The notes under the pieces: model-generated
What the model was told of the DNA's origin: nothing
What the model saw: only the letters and a program-made list of their open reading frames with translations
The model's database searches: none
Origin: Amoebophrya sp. A120
Taxonomy: Eukaryota > Protista > Dinoflagellata
Reading direction: 5' to 3'
NCBI GenBank assembly: GCA_905178155.1
Contig: CAJINV010000003.1
Span: 2,313,065-2,377,064, forward strand
DNA length: 64,000 bases
Translations under genes and position numbers: made by a program
In this document: piece by piece, positions 11,473-22,600 of the stretch
Layout of the letters: the number at the start of each line of letters is the position of its first letter
Numbering within the stretch: the first letter of the stretch is position 1

Positions 11473-14400
11473 CTACAGATCTGTCCTAGCATTACCGACG
11501 TTGCTGTACTGCCGACGTCCGTGTTCTAGTGTTTCATACATCAGGTCAAGGCACGGTTTTTCTTGCCACGGGCACCCCGCAAAGTGCCTTGCGAAGTCTC
11601 CAACCTGCCACTCATACCCGCCCCAATCCTTCGAAGCCGGCGGAACAAAGGCGTTCAAGTGTTTCTGGTGCACGAACCGTACCTGAATTTTCGATTTGCT
11701 CTATTGCGTTCTCATCCAAATCGCTAGAAGCGATTGCTGCGTCGTTCCGAAGGAATAGGCATCGTAATATCCGGCCCAAGTGAGTGACTGCAGTTCCAGG
11801 TGTGTCAGAAATAAATTACGAAATATGCTGAATGTCGCACATAATTAACATTCGTACCTCCGGTGGTAGTTGGAAGTCATGGTCGAGATCGGAAAAGAGT
11901 GTGGCGTTAACGGCAGCGGTGAAAAACATGCTCTGGTCCCACGCCGTTGTGAAGGGGGATAACGTCACCCTCTGCAGGTAATCGAAGCTCCACGGTGTAT
12001 TGCGCACCAGAAACACGCCCGTGTTAATCCCGCCGGTGTCCTCGGCAACTATGAAATTTACCTTCTGTCCAGCCTCGGTAGTCGGGTCTGCGTATGTCGC
12101 GAGGAGATCGAAGACCGTGAAGTCAAAGGTCGTGAAAAACGCGTCGCAGTCCATAAAGAACACCCACTCCGTACCCGGATTCTGCTGCAGGTGCTGGTAC
12201 ACCACGAGAAACTTCGAATAGTGTGCCTCTCGGTCCGGCATCAGGAGCTGTTGAAATGAATTGCGGCGATAAATCATAACATAGGTCTGGCAGTTACTAC
12301 TTCTGCCAACTTCGCCACGACATTGCACAAAGTAAGTAGTGATAAAACCTTTGTGGTAATCGAGTTGCATCGCTCGAAGCACCTGCGATCCTAAAATCGT
12401 TCGGAGTACTTAAGCGCTGGAAGTCGTGCGAAGCACATAAGACCCTAAAGTCGTCCGAAGCACTTAAGAACCTAGAATTGCGCGAAGCTCTGAAGACACT
12501 GAAACCGTAGTTTGAAGTACTAAAATAGCTCAAGTTTTGCCAAGCAATTAACCACTTAATACCGCAGCTAAAGTAGTGCGAAGCACTCCAGTAGCTAAAG
12601 TAGTGCGTAGCACTAAAGTAGTGCGCAGCACTAAAGCAGTGCGCAGCACTAAGGTAGTGCGCGCGAGGCACTGAAGCAGCTAAAGTAGTGCGAAGCACTT
12701 ATCGCTCTAAACTCGTGAGACGCACGCAAGCACCTTATGTAGTGCGAGGCACTACTTAGCGCACTAAAGGCGTGCGAATCACGGAAGCAACTCAAGTAGT
12801 GCGAAGCACTTAGCACCATAAAGTCGTGCGAAGCACTAAGCTAAGGTAGTACGAGGCACCACTTAGCTCCCTAAAGTCGTGCGAAGCACTTAAGCAGCTA
12901 AAGTAGTGCGAAGCACTTAGCGCTCTAAAGTCGTGCGAAGCACTTAACCAGGTAAAGTCGTGTGAAGCACTTAGTTCCCTAAAGTCGTGTGAAGCACTTA
13001 AGCAGCTAAAGTAGTGCGAAGCACTTAGCGATCTAAAGTCGTGCGAAGCACTTAAGCAGCTACAGTCGTGTGAAGCACTTAGTTCCCTAAAGTCGTGCGA
13101 AGCACTTAAGCAGCTAAAGTAGTGCGAAGCACTTAGCGATCCAAAGTCGTGCAAAGCACTTAAGCAGCCAAAGTCGTGCGAAGCACTTAGCGTCCTAAAG
13201 TCGTGCGAAGCACTTAAGCAGCGAAAGTAGTGCGAAGCACTTAGCGATCCAAAGTCGTGCGAAGCACTTCAGCAGCTAAAGTAGTGCGAAGCACTTAGCG
13301 ATCTAAAGTAGTGCGAAGCATTAAGCAGCTAAAGTCGTGCGAAGCACTTAGCGCCCTAAAGTCGTCCGAAGCACTTAAGCAGCTAAAGTAGTGCGAAGCA
13401 CTTAGCGCCCGAAAGTTGTCGTGCGAATCACTTAAGCAGCTAAAGTAGTGCGAAGCATGTGCTCGACTAGAATCTTCGAGGCCCTTTACAACAAGCCAAT
13501 ACATTCATTAGCCCGAAGCCCCTAGGTCCTGCGCATGAAAAATTCCCTTACGGCCGCATGCAGAACTGCAGTCCTGTGCACATTAATTATCTCACCGCGG
13601 GATTACAGTTGGTTCGAACCCACATGTAGTCAAGCGCTATCCTTACCTTATCGTGCATGACGTAGTTATTTAGCCCGGTCTGCGCAACGTACTGTTTATG
13701 ATTCTCCGGTGTCATGCCTGGCAACGGGCTATCCAGCACGGTGTTGCTGGTTTTGTCGGGTGAGTAGACACAAATCGAGAGAACGTCGATCTTGGGTTTC
13801 GGGAGCCCGGCGGGCCACCTCTTCCGCGGCTCCACCGGCGGCTCCAGCAACTGCTGGGTGAGCAGCGCGAGCCCGAGTTGGTAGTCCATCTGCATTTGTT
13901 CATTGCAAAAATGTCTGGGCCTGGAAGAATACAAGATCTGTAATGCTGAACTTCCACCCTCCCGAACTCTGTAATGCATGTTGCGGAACAGCGCTGTTTC
14001 TGTGTCATGCAAAAACGCAGCTTCTCATGCGTCTTACGCACCACAGGAACGCTCAAAAATCTATCATGCGTGGCTGCGTACTGTAGCCATTTTGTCATTC
14101 ATGTGTCAGCATCACAAGTTTCCAGACCAAAACATATTTGCACGTGATAGCATCCGCGGCTGGAAGCGCTGCTTTTTCGTGGGAGGCGGCGTGTTCATCG
14201 GGAGCCCGAGCCGCTGTTGCTCGTCGGCAACCTCCGTGTACCACCGCGACATCGCGGAGAGCTTGAACATGTTTCCGATCTGCAACAGCACCCTGGCTCG
14301 CTTCTTCTGCAGCAGGTAGAGCGCGCTGTCGGCCGCTTTGCGGATGTGGCTCGTCATGATCAGCGGGCACTCGAAGGCGGCGTAGGGGTCCAGGTGGAGC

Positions 14401-14642
14401 AGTTTCGCCAGCGCCGCCATCCAGGAACCCAGACTGGTTTCCGGGCCGCGCAAATGCAGGTCTTCCTGCGCGATGAGGCCGTTCGCCGCGAGCGTTCGCA
14501 GCGGCTGGATGAACTGCGGCCGCGCATCCTCGCACTCGTCTTCCACTAGTTGAGCCGCGACGCCGGAATACTGCTCTGGCTCCGCGGACTCTGTCAATAC
14601 GACCCACTGGAAGAGGAGCAGAAACACAACTGAGGACAGCAT
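11473..14642 (-). CDS. Glycosyltransferase family 34 (MNN10/GMA12-like), signal peptide
   Basis: Hydrophobic N-terminus MLSSVVFLLLFQWVVL. Motifs HYSKF, WVFFMDCDA (DxD), AEDTGGINTGVFLVRN, WDQS, LNAF and GDFARHFAGC. Introns: introner 13897-14149, canonical ~12250-13646 and ~11685-11856. Confidence 0.85.
12380..13457. repeat. Intronic minisatellite, ~27-28 bp units (roughly 35-40 copies) with core AAAGT(A/C)GTGCGAAGCACTTA
   Basis: Two unit types alternate (AGCAGCT- and GCGATCT/GTTCCCT-type linkers). The array degenerates towards the left end and lies within the canonical GT34 intron. Confidence 0.95.
13897..14149. mobile_element. Introner, family B, 253 bp (degenerate left end TGT)
   Basis: TSD GCATT/GCATC (1 mismatch). 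Removal gives FQPRMQMDYQ. Confidence 0.85.
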
Positions 14643-15194
14643 GACCTGATGTTGCGGTAGAGCGAGGAAAAATTCCAATTCTACAAAGTGCTTGCAACTA
14701 CCGCAACTACCTTTACATTTATTGGTCGGAAAATAAGTACAATGTGAGATTTTTCAATAGTTGTTTCTTGCGTACTTCTCGAGTAAGTAAGTTGAGTCTC
14801 GCGACGGAAATAAAAATTCTCTGACGCAGAGCGAAGCAACACTGCAAACATGCACGATGGATAAGATCCACGGAAAAAAAATGAGCCGATGAACAGGATC
14901 CAAAAGAAGGATCTTCTCAAATGAGACGTTGCACCGACCTCTGACTATCGAACCGAAGCTTTCTCCAACACTGAAGCACGATAGATATATGCACATGCGA
15001 GCACCAATGCGAATAATTCTGGATCGACGGGTCGTCAATGATAACTGAATGTCAGCACGACGCAACCCATTTCATGAAGAACATCGTCGGCGCTCGGGAT
15101 GGAAACTATGCATGCGCAGCTGCTGCAGATGAAAACTAACAGCTTCATCATATTGTCGCGTCGTTCCTCAGTGGCATCATGATGCGCAACATCT

Positions 15195-18100
15195 TCAATC
15201 ATAATTCAGGCTGCGGCCGAAGTAGTCAGCCACGACCGAGAATCCCCCGTCCTGATTCCGCGAGGCTTTCAGATACTTGAAAAAGTCCTCCGTGCTGTGT
15301 TCTGTTTGCAGCGTGTCGGGGGGCGGCAAGGTTTTTGCACACTTTGGGCAGTGGGGGGCGTCCTCGTTGACGCAGTAGAGATGAAAGCTGTGCATGCAGA
15401 AAAAGTGCACAGACGGGGGTTCCAAGTTCAACCCGCACTCGTAGCACTTCGCCGCCGAAAACACGCGCGGTTTCGTTTTCAAACTCTCCAGCTCTTGCTC
15501 CATCTTCTCCCGCTCCACGATATCTTGTCGCATTTTCTGTTCGGCTTGCTCGGACGTGCGCAGCGTGCGCAACTGTTGTTTCAAATACTGTCGCGCGTGC
15601 TGCAACGGCACCTGATTTTTCGCCAAAGCCTGCACGCCCGCCAGCACCGGCATCTGTGCCTCCCGGAGCGTTTCGGGAATCATGCTCTCGACGCGAAATT
15701 TCTCCTGCTGCAGGTTACTACTACTGTTTCCGGCAGGAGCTGCACCGCCCCCGCCCGATGCGGAGGTTGATGCGGACGAGCCGGAAGTAGTAGACGATGC
15801 GGAGGCCAGCGCCTGGACCCAGAGGCGGGGCTCCTTCGCGCCGCACCGGCGACAGGACTGCAGCAGCGCGTCGAGGTCGTTTGCCTGGCTCGCGACCAAA
15901 CTCTGATACTCCCCGAGCCGCTCGTAGGCGTGCACGAGTCCCGGCTTGAAGCCGAACATCCCGCACAAAAGCGGCACCTTCTCGAGAAACCGCTTCCGCG
16001 TCGCGTTTTCCTCCAGTAGTTTCAGCAGCTCTTTTTCCGCCGCCTTCTTGCCGTCGCTCGGCTGCTTCTTCCAGTTCCGCAGGAGGCATTCCAGGTATTC
16101 CGGGAGCAGTTTTTCCTCCACCCACTTGACCGGAAGTTGGTGGAGCAGCTTGCTGGTCAGCTCCCGCAGAAAAGCCTCCAACAGCGGCGCAGGACCACTG
16201 TTCGTAGAAGAACTTGCTGGAGTAGACGACGCGGCCCCCTTTCGCGACGAGCTTTCCTGTCCGCGTATTGCCCCCCTCTTCGAGTTGTGAAGAGTACTTG
16301 TACCCCTGGCACCACCTGCCCCCGCCGCAGCCCCAACAGCACTTCCGCGAGTTCTTGTACCGAGCGCAGCGGTAGCGTCGCGGAGGGAGTAGATCTTCCG
16401 GATTGCTTCGAGCTCCTCCTCCCGGATATTGGCGTCTCGCGTGCGGATCACTTCCAGAAACAAACGATGTACCTCGGTCGGATAACTGGCGAGGAGCGCC
16501 TCGCCCTCGGTAAGCAAAATTCCGAGTCGCGTCTCCACGGGCAGGGTTTTCTGTTTCAGAAACCCAAGCGCCTGGTAGGCATCGCCCTGCGCGAGCAACA
16601 GACGCACGTAACTGCTCCCGTCTTTCGCCTGTTTGTGTTTTGAGGAAAAAAGTTTTAGGTACTTACTCCTTCGCGGCCTTCGCTTCAGTGGGTCGTGTGG
16701 ATTACGACTAAGTAAGTACTTTTTCGCCGTAGTAGAGAGGCGAGCAGGAGCAGTTTTGCATGTCATATGGTCGTGCAACTACACCCGTCCATGTATGCTG
16801 TACTTGAAAAGGTTAAAGTGAAGTAGGCTCTGCCTGCCACTGTCACCATCATACCTTCTTCGCAAGCTGGATTGCGTACGGCAAAAAGCCGGCCGTCTTC
16901 TCCAGCACCTCCAACCCAGCCGTGTAGTCGTAGTGCTCGACCGGCGTGGTGGCCAGGAAATCCTCCAGCTGCGTGGCGTCCCGTTCTTGCGTGTAGCACT
17001 GGAAGAGCAGCCTCGTGTGGGTGGGTTCCGCCAACCCCGGACGCTCGTGCAGACGACAGAGGTACTTCGCTATGTGGCTGATTTTGTGCGCGTGCAGGTA
17101 CTTCTCCAAGATGTAGGACGTCTCCAACGGGAAATCCGCGTCAATCGACTTCATGTACTGCTGCATATGCAATACAAATTATTCCCGTACACTCGTATGA
17201 ATAAATGCATCACAAATTTCGGCAAGTCGTGTTGAAATCATGCAGAAACCGCATTAGCACGTGATACGGGGAATATCAAACTTCCTGTGGATAGTGCAGC
17301 GCTTGGTCGTACAAGCGTTTCTCGTAGAGCGCGTCGCCGTGCAGCTTGTAGACGTGGCACAGCGTTGCGGTATCCAGCTGCTCCCGCTCCACCACGATGG
17401 CAGCCCAGTCGAACATCCGCTTCTTCGTGAGCACATCGATTTGTTCCGCTTTCGGTTTTTCTTGTAGTTGAAACACGTGGTTGACGGAGTCGAGGACGAA
17501 GAGGCTGCGACTGTTCGCCAATGTATCAAGAAGAAAAAGCCCCCCTCCCCATATCAAAACGGAAATCTGTGATGCAGATTTGCGGTCACACATCAGCTTT
17601 GTCATGCTAGAAGGCAAAAGATGCGGCCTGTCGTGCTGGGTGGCGTGAACACGCCTTGCGTCTTCAGCATGACAGGAAGCAACTGGAAACGGGAAACAGC
17701 ATGACATATTCCCTGTAAACGAGTGGGCAACTGCGTCTCTTGGCCTTCTAGCAATAAAAGTCGACTTGTGGTCACAAATCAGCATCACAAATTTTGGTTT
17801 CGATATAATGGGAGGGAAGATTTTTCCTCGCAATACAGTGCGGGGAAAATCCGAAAAATGCGGTTCGGGAATAATGCCGAGTACGCGATGCACCGCATGT
17901 GGGGGTAGGACAGACAGACCGTGACGCGGTACCGTTCCTGATCCTCCTTCGTGACGCAGACGAAGAAGGAATTGCCGTGGCAACAGAGGTAACACTTCGG
18001 CCCGTCGAGCGGCACGGCGGACAGGTTGCCCTCGTCCGGGTCGTAGCTGAAGACACCCTCCTCGCGCGCCACCAGCAGGCTCTGCATCGACCGAAACACC

Positions 18101-18972
18101 GCACTGCACCCGATCGCCGCGCCCCCGGAATGGTCCTCGTTCAGCAGGTCCACCTGCAGCAGCTGCTGCGTCAGGAGCCGACTCTTGGTGGCCAGGTTCT
18201 TCTTGTCCGTCAGCCCCGTCGCCCCGCTCGTGGGCGCGATGGTGCCCAAACTGTAGGAGAACACCGCCTCGGACGTGGTGACGAACAGTACAACCCGCAG
18301 CGTGGGGGTCACGGTGTTGGCCCCGAAAACTTGTTCCAAGAAGTGGCACCCCGTGACAGTGCTGTGCTCGAGGTTTGTTGTACTATTCGTGGCCTGCTGA
18401 CCACGTGTACTACCAGTCGCGCTTGCAGTTCCGACGGCGATCGTCCGCAGCGTCGGGGTTTTGTCGAAAACGCCGAGGACCAGCTGCACCTGCCCCAGAT
18501 TGGAGCCGATCGCGATGGCGGAGTCTCCGAGGCAGTCGCAGGTGGTGACGCGAAGGGCCTTGTGCACGCGCTCGAACACCGGAATCTGGTGCAGAGAGCT
18601 AACTTGCGTTAAACTCTCCACGCGGAAAAAACGCAGGCGGGTGTTGCCCGTCTGCGCATTCTGCGTGAGCGCGAAAAACACGCTCTCTTTGCATTCGTGA
18701 AGCTTCGCAATCCGCTCCTCGGGACTGAACAGCGCGTGTCGCTCCGCCCGAGAGTCGCGATCCACTAGGAGCAGCTCCTTGGTATTTTTCAAGGCCAGAT
18801 ACACGTACTGCGAGCCGCCGGCTGCCTCCTCAACCTCGTCACTGGAAAACCCGCGCGCACTGGAAGCGATGCCAGAGGGCGTCGCGGAGGAGCTGCTCGA
18901 CGACGATGACCCCCATCCGTCCGTCGCCACGGGCAACCGGTCGAAGAAATTCAACTTCCGCAGCTTCTGCAT
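15195..18972 (-). CDS. VPS11: Vacuolar protein sorting 11 (HOPS/CORVET subunit)
   Basis: N-terminus LRKLNFFD and a beta-propeller region, then HGDALYEK...QYMKSI...ETSYILEKYL...HTRLLFQCY, and a C-terminal RING-H2 CYECGLNLEPPSVHFFCMHSFHLYC...CPKC followed by FSVVADYFGR. Confidence 0.92.
17166..17293. mobile_element. Old, degenerate introner, 128 bp
   Basis: TAT...ATA ends, weak TIR (ATTCCC-GTA-CAC), internal GCATCACA. TSD CTGCA/GTGCA. Removal restores YDQAL(Q/H)QYMKSI. Confidence 0.72.
17524..17835. mobile_element. Introner, separate family (CCCTCCC-type TIR), 312 bp
   Basis: TATCAAGAAGAAAAAG...TTTTTCCTCGCAATA. TSD CAATG/CAGTG. Removal gives IFPALANSRSLF. Confidence 0.85.
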
Positions 18973-19647
18973 TCTGCCAGCGAGAAGTGTAGCACGGGCT
19001 GCTAATGCTGCGATTTAATACGGAATGCTGCGAAGGGTTCTTCGCGGTCAGAGACTGATTAGTATTTTCCCCCTGCGCATTTTCAATGCGGCCGCGCATC
19101 GCACGAGGCTCATCATCTGAAGCTCGGACTCACATTAGAAGTACGACGCTGCGCCTTTTGAGTGCTAGCCTTCTAAAACTTGCATGATCTGTCTTTGTCA
19201 ACTTAGGCATCGCTCCCAATCATAGTCTGATCGCTGACAATCTTCATCGGAGCACCACTAGATCGAAAAAATAATATTGCCGACGCTCATGTTTACAGAA
19301 CTGTCTTGGTCTTTTTACCTGACATTATCACGTCTGTGACACCTGGCATATGCATGTGTCGAGCATGGGAAAAGGGTGAGATAGATCTTCAAATCAATGC
19401 ACTATCACAGAAGGAGCGTCGCACGGAGACGAGGATCTTGCAAATATTTTCCGAAAAGAACACCGTGATCAGCAATAAAAAATCAGACGCCATTCGGGTA
19501 GTAGAATTGGTCCGGCGATATGTCGTTTTCACTTCCAGACACATGAAACTCAAATTCTACAATTCCGCATAATTTCAGACAGAAAATAGACAATGTACAC
19601 ATTATACACATCACAGTTTTGTCCTCAATTTGTTCGGCCTACAACGT

Positions 19648-22600
19648 CTATGAGGGATTCGTCGCGAAGTCTTTGTCCCACAGCCACTCCGGGTTCGGTG
19701 TGTAGTGCATCTGCGGGGGCAAGTCGGCCTCCCTCGCTCTGAAGTTGCTCATGTCGGTCATGGATTTCACGATGGGGTGGTAGGGCGCGGTGGTGTAGCC
19801 CTTGTAGTGCGCCTTCCAGTCGAAGTTCTTGTACCACGGGTGGTCTTTCAAGTTCTGTACCCCCCCGGCCGAGGACATGGGGAGTCGGTCCACCGGGTTG
19901 TGCTGCAGCAGCGCCATGACCACATTCTTCGCCTCCGGGTCCTCCTGGGCGTAGGGAAACTTCACGTACTGCACGCCCCGGTTGATTTTGGCGTAGGTCC
20001 GCGACGGATCCCCGTCCTCGAAGGGGGCGTGGCCGGACAGCAGTTCGTGGATCAAAATCCCGAGCGTCCACCAATCGACCCCGTAGTGGTGCCCGAGGTT
20101 GGCCACGATCTCCGGCGCGAAGTAGTCCGGGGTGCCGCACGTCGTGTAAGTTTTCACATTGGTTTGTTTCGCTAAGCCCATGTCGGTAAGTTTACACCTT
20201 CCCTCCGCGGTGAGCATCAGGTTCTCCGGCTTCAGGTCCCGGTACACCACGTACTTCGCGTGCAGGTGCTCGAAGGCATAGACGACGCTGGCGCTGTAGA
20301 ACTTCGCCCCGTCGATAAACCCGTGCATCTGCTCCCGGCTGTAGGTGGCGTACAATTCCCCGCCCAGCGCCGGCTCCAATAAGAACCACAGCGACTGGTC
20401 GGTGTTGAAGGTCGCGTAGCACTGCACCACGAAGGGCGAGTCGCACAGCATCAGAATGTTTTTCTCGTTCAAAGTCGCGTTCTCCATGTGCTGCTGCACG
20501 ATGTAACCCTTGCTCAGCTGTTTTAACGCGTAGCACTCCCCGGTGGTCTTGTGCTGTTCCAGCGTGACGGCGCCGAACCCACCGCACCCGAGCAATCCGA
20601 GTTTCCGCAGGTCCGATCGCTTGCAGTCGGGCAACTTGCTGCTGCCGCTGGTGCCCGGCGGCGGGATGCTTTTGAACGCGGGCTTTCGGTCGGGTTTCTC
20701 TTTGGCGGTCTTCAGGATGCTGGCCAGCGGCTCGAGCAACTGCTCGAAATCGTGCTTGGTTAAACACGCGACCTGCACGTCCGGACTGTGGGCACTCACC
20801 GTGTCGTCCACCACCGAGGCGTCGAGCAGGCTCTGTTCCCCGAAGTAGGTCCCCGGCCGGTCCACCACCGCGCCCTGCACCACGATGCTGCCCTGCAACA
20901 GGATGAAGAACGTGTCGTTTTTTTGTCCCGCGGTCAACAAATGCTCCCCGCGGAGGAAGTGCCGCTCGTACATGGCCTCGCAGATGTGCTCCTTTTCGCT
21001 GTGGTACAGGGCGTCGAAGGCCGGGATGTGGTGCAGGCACTTCATGTACTCCGCCAGTTTGCCGCTGTTGCTGCTGTGCAGCACGTGCTTGAACGCCTGC
21101 CGCGACACGCACCACACGCGCCCCGGCTTCATCGCCTGCACCGTGCAGTGGCAGGGGTGGGCGTGGAGCAGCGTCACCTCGCCGAAGCTGCCGCCCGGCC
21201 CGTATCCTATGTAAAAACGTCCCCGCACCAGAGTCAAGATGGGGATCTCGCAACACAAATCGAGAAGTTTTGGGGGTCAAGCAAGACAAGCTCGTCTCCG
21301 TATTGTAATGCAGTTTAGCAAGTACAGCCGCAACACAAATCCATCTACTCATCCTGTCGACAGCATTACAAAGTGCAAAACGCGACTGGAAATGCCTCTC
21401 ATGGCAATGCGCATTACAAATCTTCCTGTAGCTGCAAATCTGCATGACAACTCTGGGGTGGGGACATTTTTGCTCAGGATAGCCCGCAGTCCTGCATCAG
21501 CTCGAACTGGTTCGTCCGGTCCCGCTCGTTGCTGATCGCGCGGGTCACGCTGAAGTGGTAAAGACCTGACACAGGATTTTTGAACAGTTTTATAGACAAC
21601 ACTTTACTTAATTGATATTTTGCGTCCGTCCCTTTTATCAATAGCAAAATGAGGTTAAGCGCTGCCAGCTAACGGAGACGACACCGCTCCGGGCAACGAC
21701 GTGCGGGCCTTTAGGTTTCTCGTTCGATCGTTGCCCGTGTGTTGTACGGTCTGGCAATGTCGGAATAAACACAAAGAGCAAGACGGCCCGCGCGCCGTGT
21801 GGTATCCATATCCCCCCAAAAGAAAAGAGAAAGCCGTGGGCACGGGAGCGTCGAGGCGCCCCGGCCCACGCGGAGGCGCATGACGCGCTCCGTGGAGGTG
21901 CTGCTGCAACGCAGAGGTGCACTCCACGGTTGTGCAGACTGCACTCCGCAAAGATATGAGAAAAGCACTCTGCTCAGGTGCTGCTGCGAAAGCAGAGGCG
22001 CACTTTGCAGATGTGCTATGAGCGCCGCACTCTGCTCAGGTGCTGCTGCGAAAGCAGAGGTGCACTTTGCAGAGGTGCGGATCGCACTCCGCTGGCTTCG
22101 GTGCCACGACTGTCGCACTCGGAGGAGGTGCTGCCGCTCACGCGGAGGTGCACTCCTCAGAGGGACAGGTCGTGCTCGGAGGAGGTGCTGCCGCGAAAGC
22201 GGAGGTGCACTCCAACGAGGCGCGCGCTACGCTTGGCGAAGGTGCTGCCGCTCACGCGGAGGTGCACTTCACCAACGCGCGCAGGCACAGTGTGCAGTGG
22301 AGGTGTGCTGCCGCTAGGCGGTGGCGCCCTCCACAAAAATGCGTCGTCGCTCTCGAAAGAGGGCGACGTCACAGGCCCCAGCCATGAAATGCGCGTGCGC
22401 TCGCATGTAGAGGTGCTGCCGCGACGACGCGGAGGTGCACTCTACGCCATAAAAGAGCGTCGCGCGCCATAAAAGAGCGTCAGCTTCCTCGAGTGGGAAG
22501 CCGACGCTCGATGCGTAGAGCCCTCGTGGGGTACGCACGCAGCGGCGCTGCAGGCGCGCGCGTGCAGCTGGACGCAGTAGATCGCTTGAAACACCCCTAA

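Noticed and set aside
12380-13457. CRISPR-like array (constant palindromic repeat with variable linkers)
   Set aside because: The linkers are only ~7-8 bp and recur, there are no cas genes, and the array lies in a eukaryotic intron. It is a minisatellite.
12297-13504. ORFs encoding SASHYFSCL/SASHDFREL peptide repeats
   Set aside because: These are by-products of the 27-bp repeat, broken by frameshifts. The flanking GT34 exons join in frame without them (HDK|LLMPDREAHYSK).
14083-14094. GTAGCCATTTTG, a 12-nt match to the dinoflagellate spliced leader
   Set aside because: It is short, lies inside an introner, is antisense to the host gene and is not at a 5' end, so it is plausibly chance.
20192-21445. 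Long alternative-frame and antisense ORFs over GC-rich exons (also 17276-18349, 23524-24288, 5596-6393)
   Set aside because: These are shadows of real coding frames caused by high GC3.
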